Virus record (IMG/VR): IMGVR_UViG_3300035188_001379 | Span: 32,001 to 96,000 of that record | Reading direction: 5' to 3' (one strand) | Source: a virus | DNA length: 64,000 nucleotides | Shown here: one piece after another, positions 20,621-29,261 of the stretch | How positions within the stretch are numbered: the stretch's first letter is position 1 | How the letters are laid out: the number at the start of each line of letters is the position of its first letter | The notes under the pieces: generated by a model | The model's database searches: none | The model's input: the letters and a program-made list of their open reading frames with translations, nothing else | What the model was told of the DNA's origin: nothing | Program-made: the position numbers and the translations under genes

Positions 20621-20810
20621 CTCAGAGATAACATCCCTCTGCAGTACCCCCGGTACTGAGCTACAGGATATCGACAGTTGTTTTACTTTGTGAAGCTCAC
20701 GAGAGCCCTTTGTAAAACAATTCCTGTGCAATTTGGGTGGGTATGGGTACCCTTCCAGCGCTGGGCTGAGGTCCTCGCTGGAAGGGTTATACCTACACCT
20801 CTTTTTCTTT
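20621..20810 (+). ncRNA. Structured 3' trailer or candidate ncRNA ending in a terminator-like hairpin
   Basis: Hairpins CAGTACC/GGTACTG, TTGTTTTAC/GTAAAACAA, CCCTTCCAGCG/CGCTGGAAGGG followed by TTTTTCTTT. Confidence 0.45.
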
Positions 20811-22088
20811 AGCTTCTTGTGGAACGATAGCCACATCGTGACATGTAAGCTGTACCATAGTCATGAGCTGTTTTACGTATTTTTCGTTGATGAACGGAAT
20901 ACCTAGACCTAGCGTTAAAAACAGCTTCCTGACACCTCGAGCAAACAGAAAACAACTGGTAAAGTATTTATCTTCCAGCTCAAACGGCACGGCATGTTCC
21001 TTGAAATAGACCATACCACACCATATAAAATCGTCTTCATTTTTTTTACGTATCTGCTTTATATCCAGTACAAAGTTTGTCAGTTGTTCTTCTCCGCTTT
21101 TTTTAACCAGATAATAGGCCTTATCTCTCTTAACGTACGTTCTTCCTTGTACGCTAAATTGTTCTTCTCGGCTACGCATCCAGAAGCTCATCAAATCTTG
21201 TCCTGTTCTTTTTTCTAGCTGTTGTACCTGCGAATGGTCTAGTGCGGTAATATGCTTACGCAAATCTTCGTCACCCTGCTTACCTAGCATCAGCTCTGCA
21301 ATATCTTCCGAAAATTTAGAATGCTCACTCTCACTCCATATCTTAATTAGTTGCTCTGTGCCTAGCAGCTCAGACAGTTTAACAGTGGAACTATTCCAAT
21401 AGTCGTTTTTACTATTCCATGTATTCCCTGGCTTTATTTTTAGCTCATTGATGTCTTTAACAATTTCTACGCCTGCTTTACCATACCAACCATATTCACC
21501 ATTCAGGAACAAAGTCTCTCTTTCATGTAAGCTTCCTAGCCTTGCAACCTCTAGCGAGCATATGTGCTTTGGTGAGCAAAACGTCGGAATAAGTAATGTT
21601 TTCTTGTACCTGTATTTGACGTCTAACTCTAGTAGTGGAAATGTTTTCACCACTCTCTCAGTCAAATACCCAAAACCGTTATGAATTAGCGCAGGCATAC
21701 CTAGCTCCTCAAGCATGGCTTTAAAATAGACCACTTTGTCGTTAAATCGTGCTCGAGTATTTTCTGCTTCCTGAAGGCTCATCAGCCACGCTGACTGATA
21801 CTGCATGATTTTTGTTTGATCTTTAAATAGCGATCGCTCTGCAAATTCAGAGTAAGCCAGTTTAAAGTCAAAACAGTCTGAAAAATCTCTACACAGTATC
21901 CTGTACAACTTTCTCCAGTCAGAAATAGGGAAAAAGTCAAAAATGTTTCCCACAAAATCGCTAGTCTTAGACTTAGCATACCAACCAAACAAAGGTACTC
22001 GCACAAAGTCATACTCTGAAGTGTTCGCTCCTAGCTTAGCGACCACCCCAGGCAGGTTGATTTTGCTGTTGATACTATTCAATAACAT
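20793..22088 (-). CDS. Hypothetical protein, possibly a degenerate primase-related/DUF927-like protein
   Basis: 431 aa; N-terminus loosely resembles DnaG N-domain without Zn ligands; YYLVKK...LTNFVLDI resembles DUF927 start. Confidence 0.6.
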   Translation of the reverse strand: MLLNSINSKINLPGVVAKLGANTSEYDFVRVPLFGWYAKSKTSDFVGNIFDFFPISDWRKLYRILCRDFSDCFDFKLAYSEFAERSLFKDQTKIMQYQSAWLMSLQEAENTRARFNDKVVYFKAMLEELGMPALIHNGFGYLTERVVKTFPLLELDVKYRYKKTLLIPTFCSPKHICSLEVARLGSLHERETLFLNGEYGWYGKAGVEIVKDINELKIKPGNTWNSKNDYWNSSTVKLSELLGTEQLIKIWSESEHSKFSEDIAELMLGKQGDEDLRKHITALDHSQVQQLEKRTGQDLMSFWMRSREEQFSVQGRTYVKRDKAYYLVKKSGEEQLTNFVLDIKQIRKKNEDDFIWCGMVYFKEHAVPFELEDKYFTSCFLFARGVRKLFLTLGLGIPFINEKYVKQLMTMVQLTCHDVAIVPQEAKEKEV

Positions 22089-22096
22089 AATATAAT
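22069..22096 (+). promoter_or_regulatory. sigma70 promoter TTGATA-16-TATAAT, probably leaderless mRNA
   Basis: TATAAT 22091-22096, 6 nt before ATG 22103. Confidence 0.55.
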
Positions 22097-22102
22097 TACC
22101 AT

Positions 22103-23161
22103 ATGTCTATTTATAACTTTGATGCAAGCACAGATTACTCTGGCAAAGAATTATACTCTCTGTTGTCGGGAGCAGACCTCCCAGAATACGTAAAGACCGC
22201 AGAGTTATCTGATGTGAGCGATTTGTCTTCTCTCAATAAAGAAGCTTTCGCAGACCCATACAGAAGAATCTACCCAATCAACACTCCTGCTCGAGTGTAT
22301 GTGAGTAACGCCTACTTCATGAGCAAGCAGGCAGCGATCACCAAAACCTATGGGAAGGGCTATAGCGATAGCCTGCTCGCTAAGATCGCCCAAGCTGCAG
22401 AAATCCTGGATATCTCTGAAGACTTGGAAAACTACAACAACCGCTTTAATGAGAAGCAGGCAGCAGACTATGAAGAGCGTCACATGGTCGACTTCACGGT
22501 TGACGGCATGGAAACACCGGTGCAGCTGTACCCTGTGAAGACTGCAGAAGATCTAACCAAAGCTGCAGAAGATTTCACAAAGAATATTAAAAACTTTCCT
22601 TTCGCTATTCGTGTTAAGTCTGCTGAGAATTTTGTAAAGGCTGCCGAAGAGCTTGAGGTAACTGACCTGCCTGACTTGCTCTGCAAATACGCAGGCATGT
22701 ACTACCCTGATTTGGTCAACCTTGATTTTGAATTGTGGAGAAGAGGCACCAAACTCACAAAAGAAGCGCATAGTGAAATCTACAACCAAATCAGAGCTGA
22801 TCTAGGTAATATGCAGAGTATTGCTGAAGTCATGAAGGTTGCAGAGACCTGCTTCAACATTGAAAACATGGAAGGCCTTTATGATAATGTGAAAGTTGCC
22901 CAGATTCTGGGTGACCCTGTTGACATGATTTTCACTGAGCCTGTCACAAAAGTGGCAAGTGAGCTGAGTTTTGTTGAGGTACATGGCGACAAGTATAGGC
23001 TCGATGACCTGGTCAAGATCAGTAAAGATAAGTACGAAGAAGCGTTTGGTGATTGCGGGATAGACCCTGCTGATCCAGAAAAGATCGCAGACATCCTTCC
23101 TACGATGCCTAGAAGTGACGTTAAGCTTCTAGAGGAGCTGACAGGGCTGCGCCCGATCTAG
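22103..23161 (+). CDS. Protein with DUF6582-like motifs
   Basis: FADPYRRIYPINTPARVYVSNAYF plus second YPVKTAEDLTKA copy. Confidence 0.65.
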   Translation: MSIYNFDASTDYSGKELYSLLSGADLPEYVKTAELSDVSDLSSLNKEAFADPYRRIYPINTPARVYVSNAYFMSKQAAITKTYGKGYSDSLLAKIAQAAEILDISEDLENYNNRFNEKQAADYEERHMVDFTVDGMETPVQLYPVKTAEDLTKAAEDFTKNIKNFPFAIRVKSAENFVKAAEELEVTDLPDLLCKYAGMYYPDLVNLDFELWRRGTKLTKEAHSEIYNQIRADLGNMQSIAEVMKVAETCFNIENMEGLYDNVKVAQILGDPVDMIFTEPVTKVASELSFVEVHGDKYRLDDLVKISKDKYEEAFGDCGIDPADPEKIADILPTMPRSDVKLLEELTGLRPI

Positions 23162-23171
23162 TGAGTGCCTC

Positions 23172-23215
23172 GTAACTTCCGGGGTAACTTCCTGGGTAAC
23201 TTCCGGGGTTTTTTT
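23172..23215 (+). repeat. 3 x 12-bp tandem repeat GTAACTTCCKGG followed by T7, terminator-like
   Basis: Units at 23172, 23184, 23196; T run 23209-23215, just after a stop codon. Confidence 0.8.
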
Positions 23216-23251
23216 GTTTGCACTCTACAGTTTAGCAGCTAGCCTCATCCT

Positions 23252-23353
23252 ATGTGCTACGAACCACCAAACAATTCGAAACCAGATCTAGACGGAGCAG
23301 TAGTATGGTTAATCTTTCTCGCGATTGTATTAGCCATATGTAAGGTCCTATGA
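23252..23353 (+). CDS. 33-aa single-pass membrane peptide
   Basis: MCYEPPNNSKPDLDGAVVWLIFLAIVLAICKVL; ATGA overlap with next gene; below ORF-track cutoff. Confidence 0.45.
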   Translation: MCYEPPNNSKPDLDGAVVWLIFLAIVLAICKVL

Positions 23354-23898
23354 AAACGATCAAGCAAATTCTTCAAGATGAAAAAGCTCCGATCACTGCT
23401 CTGCTTTACGCGATAACTAAAGAGTATGGCAGTGAATGCTATTCTTGGGAGCCTCTAGTGCTTAAAGCAGAGCTGCAGAAAGACTATAGCTGTGAGCTCT
23501 CAGATTTACAGTCAGACAAAATTCAGGCAGGAATCACGCTGCTCACTACTGAGCAGTATGAAACCAACATTGCTGTATTTGAGACAATAAATTATTTACT
23601 CAATCATCAGCCTGATAACATCGAAGAGTTCAATCCTCTCGAGCCCGAAGAATTGATCTGCGGGCTTACCGAAGCGTACATTATCAAAGCTGAAGAAATC
23701 AGCTTCAGTCCTGAGGTACGCGTGTACGCAGGACTCATATTCAGAGATTACGGAATGCATCGTCCTCCCAAGCTATTTCCCAAAGCTATCATGGAAGAAC
23801 GCGATGGAAATGATGATGAGAAGAACGAAGCCCTTCAAGAAATATTCGACGAAAAACTCAAACTAGTTGAGCAGTATCTTAAAAAATGCATCCACTAA
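23350..23898 (+). CDS. Hypothetical protein
   Basis: 182 aa acidic helical ORF. Confidence 0.7.
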   Translation: MKTIKQILQDEKAPITALLYAITKEYGSECYSWEPLVLKAELQKDYSCELSDLQSDKIQAGITLLTTEQYETNIAVFETINYLLNHQPDNIEEFNPLEPEELICGLTEAYIIKAEEISFSPEVRVYAGLIFRDYGMHRPPKLFPKAIMEERDGNDDEKNEALQEIFDEKLKLVEQYLKKCIH

Positions 23899-25028
23899 AC
23901 AACCCCGCATTGATAGGTAACAATTTCTATTCAAGTCCGGCGTCTGTATCGAACACACATATAGAGTACATTTACAACAAGCTTTTTCATTGCGTACCTA
24001 CTAGATTAGACTTTGCTGACGAGTTTGCTACAAGCTGTCTGGACGTTATTCCGCAGTATTTTGATACGTTCACTTCTTTAATTAACAAGGTAGATACACA
24101 TTTCCTCGAAGAGACTGTATGGATAGGTAAGCCTGGTACAGAGTATGAGCAAGCGATCATCGGTGTAGCCTTCAAGTCTCATGAGAGCAGTATGCCTTTT
24201 AATGTTATAGGCTATCCTCCAAGGACTATAGATAAAGAATTCTTATCTAAGATGTATGTGGGGCTCAAGGCTGTTGTGCGAGATCGCGAGCAAGCCGCAC
24301 TCATATCAAAATTACTAGACGCGCATGTGCTAGAGAAGTGCAGTAAAATGTACGTGTTGTCTAATACTTATGGAGAGCTCAGCCTTTCTGCGCTGCCTAT
24401 AGATAAAATCACTCCAAATATCGCATTAAATTATGGCGACGATTTTGTCAGCGTAAATAACAATATTCTTGAAAGCTTGAGCAATGAGAAGTCAGGGCTG
24501 TACCTGTTCCATGGCGAACCCGGTACAGGTAAGAGCACCTATATTAAATACCTTTGCTCAGGCATATTGTCTCGTAAAATCGCATACATTCCTGTGGGGT
24601 TAATCTCGGCGCTCACATCCCCAGACATGCTTCCTCTTTTGATGGAGCATAAGGATTTGATTATTGTGATAGAAGACGCTGAGCAAGCCTTGATAGCTAG
24701 AGACACAGCCTCAGCAAATTCCCATGTTGTGAGCACTATTCTAAACCTCACAGATGGTTTCCTCGGTGACGCTATGAACACCACCATAGTAGCCACATTC
24801 AATACAGGAAAAGAAAATATTGATGAGGCTCTTTTACGCAAAGGCCGCCTGCGCGTATGCCATGAGTTCAAGAAGCTTTCTATAGATCAAGCCAAGAAGC
24901 TCGCCTCATCTATAGGTCAGGACGAGAATAACGTTACTGAAGGCATGTCTTTGGCTGATATCTACTATATGTCCGCCAATTCCCCTGAATACGCTAAAGA
25001 GGAAGAGCGGCGGGTAGGGTTTCACTAG
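23886..25028 (-). CDS. AAA+ ATPase, BCS1-like phage family
   Basis: Walker A GEPGTGKS, Walker B IVIEDAE, ILNLTDG, ATFN, LLRKGRL. Confidence 0.9.
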
Positions 25029-26740
25029 ACCTCAGGAGCTGCTGAGGAGCTAGGACCCAGCAGCCCAGAATCCCCTACAGCCATATAGGCGGCGCAAACA
25101 CAGAATACCAAACTGTGCATTGCGTCGTCTGGCTGTTTAGGGTGATGGTCGTATATAAGCTCTTGCCCATACAAACCGTCTCTTACCTCTACGAATATAT
25201 TCAACAGGTCTTGCATATACTCGGAGACATCACCCCACTGCGGAAAGAGTATTTTTCCTGCTTTGAGCTGTCTGATGACTAGCGAGATAACGTCAGAGCG
25301 ATGCAAGACCCAGCGATTCTGCCTCCAGTCATAAACCCCAGCCTCAAAATGCTGAATCATTTTGGTTCTTCTGTAGGCAGCAAGTTGAGACCTGCTAGGG
25401 CTTGTTAATTCGCATAGTTTGATACCGCGAATAGGATCAGGCCCGCTATCAGATACGCAGAAAGCGTTAACCGCGTTAGCTTTTTCTGCGATGTCTCTGA
25501 TATGCGCCTCATGGTCAAACCCTCGGTACACTTTAGCCATGATGATTTCAAATACCCCGTCAGCTCGCATACCTCCCAAGGTAGCCACTGTACGAGACTG
25601 CGCCATACTTACTCCCCAATCGACTCCCATGGTATACAGTCTGTATTCGCTTTTTCTTTTGTTTAATATCGTTAAATTATTGCTATTACCGCCCTCAAAT
25701 TGCGGACCAAGTGTGCATAGCTTCACCAGCTCTTCTTGTGATATAGGTTTTGACCCTATGTCATAGGTTAATCCGAACGTTTCATTCATCACCACACGGA
25801 TCTCATTCTTACCGCTATGCACTTTCTCATATATTTCCTTCCACTCTTTAGGGTCCTCGTTGAAGTGAGGCAAAAGAGGCTGAGCTAGATGATAGCCTGT
25901 GATTAAATAGTCGCTAGGATTGCAGCTCACCCATTCTCCTTTTCTGGAGTCTAGGCGGGCTAGGCACTTAGAGCAGCTTAGTCCGTGGGGCTGCACCATT
26001 CTTAGCGGCTCGTTACCTTCTGTTAAACTATTCCAGTGTGTACACTTTTCACACTTCATCAGCCACTCGAGCTGATTCGAGCTGCGCCACATTCTATGAA
26101 TAGTATTTGTAGAATCTAGTGGCGTACCTGCAAATATTTCCCGCTTGTAAGGACTCATGGCCATAGTTTCCTGGATAATCGGTATTTGATCGTACTGAAT
26201 ATCCTGGATTTCGTCATAAACGACGCAATCTATAGCCGGTCCGCGAGTACGGGTAGCATCATCACTAACATATCTAAATAACACACTACTATGCGTATCA
26301 TCCAATATTTTTTCAAAGACATCATTTTTAAACCATCCTTTCAACAGCAAATTTTTAATTTTTGGGCTCTCAAACCTAGGGGGTATATAGTTACTTGAAA
26401 AATACTTCGTAGTTAGCTCCTGAGGCCCGACATACATCATTTTGAAATAATTCCACCGAATAAGATTTAAACATACAAAGTTGCTGAGCAGCGTAGACTT
26501 GAGTGTTTTACGGCTGCATTTAAGCAACAATTTCTGAGGCATGTTGTCATAGATATGCTTCAGCATCGGGAAAGCTTCCAGACTTTGCAGTCTACCCTCG
26601 TTATCGTAGAGAAAGTTCTCGACGAAATGCGACGGAGGCAGCACCGAAAACATCAGTTGTCGAGCGAGGAACGTGCTTTTGGGACTATTCTTCTTAAGCA
26701 GTTTCTCTATAGTAGACTTAATTTCATCATGGGCCGTCAT
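25025..26740 (-). CDS. terL: Terminase large subunit (GpA-like, Zn-finger-containing)
   Basis: CSRKTLKST Walker A variant, VVYDEIQD Walker B, AGTP coupling motif, CEKC/CSKC, MGVDWG and PDDAMHS nuclease acidic motifs. Confidence 0.85.
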   Translation of the reverse strand: MTAHDEIKSTIEKLLKKNSPKSTFLARQLMFSVLPPSHFVENFLYDNEGRLQSLEAFPMLKHIYDNMPQKLLLKCSRKTLKSTLLSNFVCLNLIRWNYFKMMYVGPQELTTKYFSSNYIPPRFESPKIKNLLLKGWFKNDVFEKILDDTHSSVLFRYVSDDATRTRGPAIDCVVYDEIQDIQYDQIPIIQETMAMSPYKREIFAGTPLDSTNTIHRMWRSSNQLEWLMKCEKCTHWNSLTEGNEPLRMVQPHGLSCSKCLARLDSRKGEWVSCNPSDYLITGYHLAQPLLPHFNEDPKEWKEIYEKVHSGKNEIRVVMNETFGLTYDIGSKPISQEELVKLCTLGPQFEGGNSNNLTILNKRKSEYRLYTMGVDWGVSMAQSRTVATLGGMRADGVFEIIMAKVYRGFDHEAHIRDIAEKANAVNAFCVSDSGPDPIRGIKLCELTSPSRSQLAAYRRTKMIQHFEAGVYDWRQNRWVLHRSDVISLVIRQLKAGKILFPQWGDVSEYMQDLLNIFVEVRDGLYGQELIYDHHPKQPDDAMHSLVFCVCAAYMAVGDSGLLGPSSSAAPEV

Positions 26741-26882
26741 AGCAAAAAAACTAACAGAAAACCAAGCAAGGGCAGATCAAATGGAACAGTAGAATTATTT
26801 CAATTTTTTGATAATTCTTTTCAGTTGCTCACCAGTATCTTAGATATAGCTAGCACTGACAAGAGAAAAAAATATTACAGGG

Positions 26883-26911
26883 TCTACAAACGATAGCAGC
26901 TATGTTATACT
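26883..26911 (+). promoter_or_regulatory. sigma70 promoter TCTACA-17-TATACT with extended TG
   Basis: Direct sequence match; lies at head of the 26.9-31.7 kb operon. Confidence 0.55.
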
Positions 26912-26921
26912 CATAGTTGTT

Positions 26922-27101
26922 ATGAGTAAAACGATCCGTAAATACCAGGTTAGAGACAGAAGCAATCAGTATAAGCGCATCGAGAACATGAAGCTTATCG
27001 ATAAGTATTATACTGACGTAGCAAAATCGCATGAGCGAAACATCCAAAAATCCGGATTGCCTCCTGACCAAGGAGGAGAACAGCAACGTTACCCTAGTTA
27101 A
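26922..27101 (+). CDS. 59-aa hypothetical protein missing from ORF track
   Basis: MSKTIRKYQVRDRSNQYKRIENMKLIDKYY...; ATG 10 nt after the -10 box. Confidence 0.4.
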   Translation: MSKTIRKYQVRDRSNQYKRIENMKLIDKYYTDVAKSHERNIQKSGLPPDQGGEQQRYPS

Positions 27102-27642
27102 AAAAAGAGGCAGACCAAAAGGCTCAAAGAATAAAATTAAATCTTTTGAGTCTATCAATACCAGCTCTGAGAGTGTTGTAGTGATAAAGCGCGGCAGAGG
27201 CCGACCTCCAGGAGCTAAAAATAAACCCAAGAGCAGCTGCGTTCTCGCAGTTGTCTGCTCTGATACAGATTCTTTGCCCAAGCGCAGAGGAAGACCCAAA
27301 GGATCTAAGAATAAAAATACTCCTTTACGTGAGGAGACAGAGGCTGCCGCTAAGCCGTTAAAAAAACGAGGCAGGCCTAGAAAAGAGCCTGCACCTACTG
27401 ATCAAACTGTTCAGCAGTCTCCTTCTCAGTCCATAGAGTCTGAGATTCATCCATTGCTACAGGCAGCTAAATGGATTGAGAGAAAAATGGAACACCCTGC
27501 ACAAGTAAACTACTATCGGCGCAGGATGGCTAGCATGGGTGCATCCATGCAGGCAGTAATAGCTATAGATATACTAGGCTTATTTAACATAAGCGACAGT
27601 GAGTTACGCAAACAAATCAAATCAACCACAACAGAACAGTAA
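27031..27642 (+). CDS. Multi-AT-hook DNA-binding protein (HMGA-like)
   Basis: Four RGRP cores: KKRGRPKGSKNK, RGRGRPPGAKNK, RRGRPKGSKNK, KKRGRPRK. Confidence 0.85.
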   Translation: MSETSKNPDCLLTKEENSNVTLVKKRGRPKGSKNKIKSFESINTSSESVVVIKRGRGRPPGAKNKPKSSCVLAVVCSDTDSLPKRRGRPKGSKNKNTPLREETEAAAKPLKKRGRPRKEPAPTDQTVQQSPSQSIESEIHPLLQAAKWIERKMEHPAQVNYYRRRMASMGASMQAVIAIDILGLFNISDSELRKQIKSTTTEQ

Positions 27643-27644
27643 AT

Positions 27645-29234
27645 ATGGACTTCCTACAAAAAATCGACCTTTATCGTAAAGCCTGCTACGCTGGGCTTGC
27701 AGTATTAACTCATGAAGAGGCCAGGCTTGTTCCGCATCTGAAGATGCTGAAAAATAGTGAGCCTACACTCTCTTTATATGAATGGGACAACCAATCAGGA
27801 CTCACAGGAGGAGTTGTCGATCAAGAAAGATACGCCGTACCGTCCACAGCGTTTCCTAAAGAGGTGTTGCAATATATCCAAAAGCACACGGTAAACAATA
27901 CGATCTTTGTGCTCAAGGATTTTCATCTCGAGTTCGACAGAAGTAACATTCTCCGACTCTTGCGTAATTCTTGGGATTTATTAAAATCTCGGCGCAACAT
28001 GATTATATTTGTGAGTCACAAGTATGCTCTACCTCCTGAGATCGAGAAGGAGGTACAGATTGTTGATTATGATCTGCCAGACGCTGAGGCAATCGAGCAC
28101 CAGTTAAGCTACATTCATGAGTGCACAAATAAAGCCAGAGAAGCAAAGTCACGCCCAGCGTTAAGTATACCTGACGAGATTAAAGACGCAGCTATCGACG
28201 CAGCTAAGGGTATGACCTTTGCAGAGATCGAGAGCGCCTTTTCCTTGGCGATAATTAAAGCCTCTAAATTTGACCAGGTTTTTGTAGAGGCTGTGTTTCA
28301 CGAGAAAATTGCTCACTTGAAAAAGAACGGCTTGCTCACTTATATGGAGCCTAACGTAAGCTTCGATAATGTGGGCGGTCTAGTAGGGCTCAAGACATGG
28401 ATCTCTGCTCGTAAAAAAGCCTATAGTAAAGAGGCCAGAGAATATAATCTACCTATGCCTAAGGGTATGCTGCTAGCCAGCGTCCCAGGCACAGGCAAAA
28501 GTCTTATATGTAAGGCTATTGCAAAAGAGTTCGACTGCCCATTGTTTGCATTAGACATCGGCAGCATTTTTGACTCGCTTGTAGGTAACAGCGAGAAAAA
28601 CATGCGTGAGCTAATCAAAACAGTGAACGGGGTAGGTAGATGCGTGATCTTGATCGACGAGATTGAGAAGAGTCTCAGCAACACCGCAGTTAGCGGCAGC
28701 GGAGACAGTGGTGTAAGCAGCCGTATATTTGGCACGTTTCTTACATGGCTAAACGATAGAACAAATCCTGCGTTTATTGTAGCTACAACAAACGACCATA
28801 CAAAGCTACCTGCAGCTTTGATTCGCAAGGGTCGTTTTGACCAGCTGTTCTGGCTGGACCTGCCTACTCTCGAGGAGCGTAAAGAAATCTTCTCAGTAGT
28901 GATCAAGAAGTATGGCAGGAATGTTAAAGACTTCAGTGTTTCCTCTCATGCGGCCAGCGCAGTTAATTTCACTGGCGCAGAGATTGAAGAGGTGTTTAAG
29001 GACGCTATGTACAAAGCGTTTAATGATAATAAAGATGTGAGCGATAATTATCTTATCGAGGCTCTTGCAGAGTTCATTCCTTTTGCTGTAAGTCACGAGG
29101 AAGATCTGAAGACCATGCGTAGACAAGCTCAAGGAAAACTTGTGATGATTACTGCGAAAGGAGATCCTATCGCAGACGTTCAGAAAAATATGCGCAAACT
29201 TAGTATTGCGATCGGCAGTGACGACGAAGAGTAA
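27645..29234 (+). CDS. Ycf46-like AAA+ ATPase
   Basis: Degenerate N-terminal AAA (FVLKDFH), then FDNVGGL, SVPGTGKS, LIDEIEK, ATTND, RKGRFD. Confidence 0.85.
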   Translation: MDFLQKIDLYRKACYAGLAVLTHEEARLVPHLKMLKNSEPTLSLYEWDNQSGLTGGVVDQERYAVPSTAFPKEVLQYIQKHTVNNTIFVLKDFHLEFDRSNILRLLRNSWDLLKSRRNMIIFVSHKYALPPEIEKEVQIVDYDLPDAEAIEHQLSYIHECTNKAREAKSRPALSIPDEIKDAAIDAAKGMTFAEIESAFSLAIIKASKFDQVFVEAVFHEKIAHLKKNGLLTYMEPNVSFDNVGGLVGLKTWISARKKAYSKEAREYNLPMPKGMLLASVPGTGKSLICKAIAKEFDCPLFALDIGSIFDSLVGNSEKNMRELIKTVNGVGRCVILIDEIEKSLSNTAVSGSGDSGVSSRIFGTFLTWLNDRTNPAFIVATTNDHTKLPAALIRKGRFDQLFWLDLPTLEERKEIFSVVIKKYGRNVKDFSVSSHAASAVNFTGAEIEEVFKDAMYKAFNDNKDVSDNYLIEALAEFIPFAVSHEEDLKTMRRQAQGKLVMITAKGDPIADVQKNMRKLSIAIGSDDEE

Positions 29235-29261
29235 ACCAACAACCAACCAAAATAAATTAAT

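Noticed and set aside
27090-27110. Programmed +1 frameshift joining the 59-aa ORF to the AT-hook frame at AGT-TAA-A-run
   Set aside because: The AT-hook ORF has its own ATG, and the AAGGAGG is too far upstream for RF2-type stimulation
26850-27299. Minus-strand 149-aa ORF with PLPR/GRPL repeats
   Set aside because: Antisense image of the AT-hook repeats
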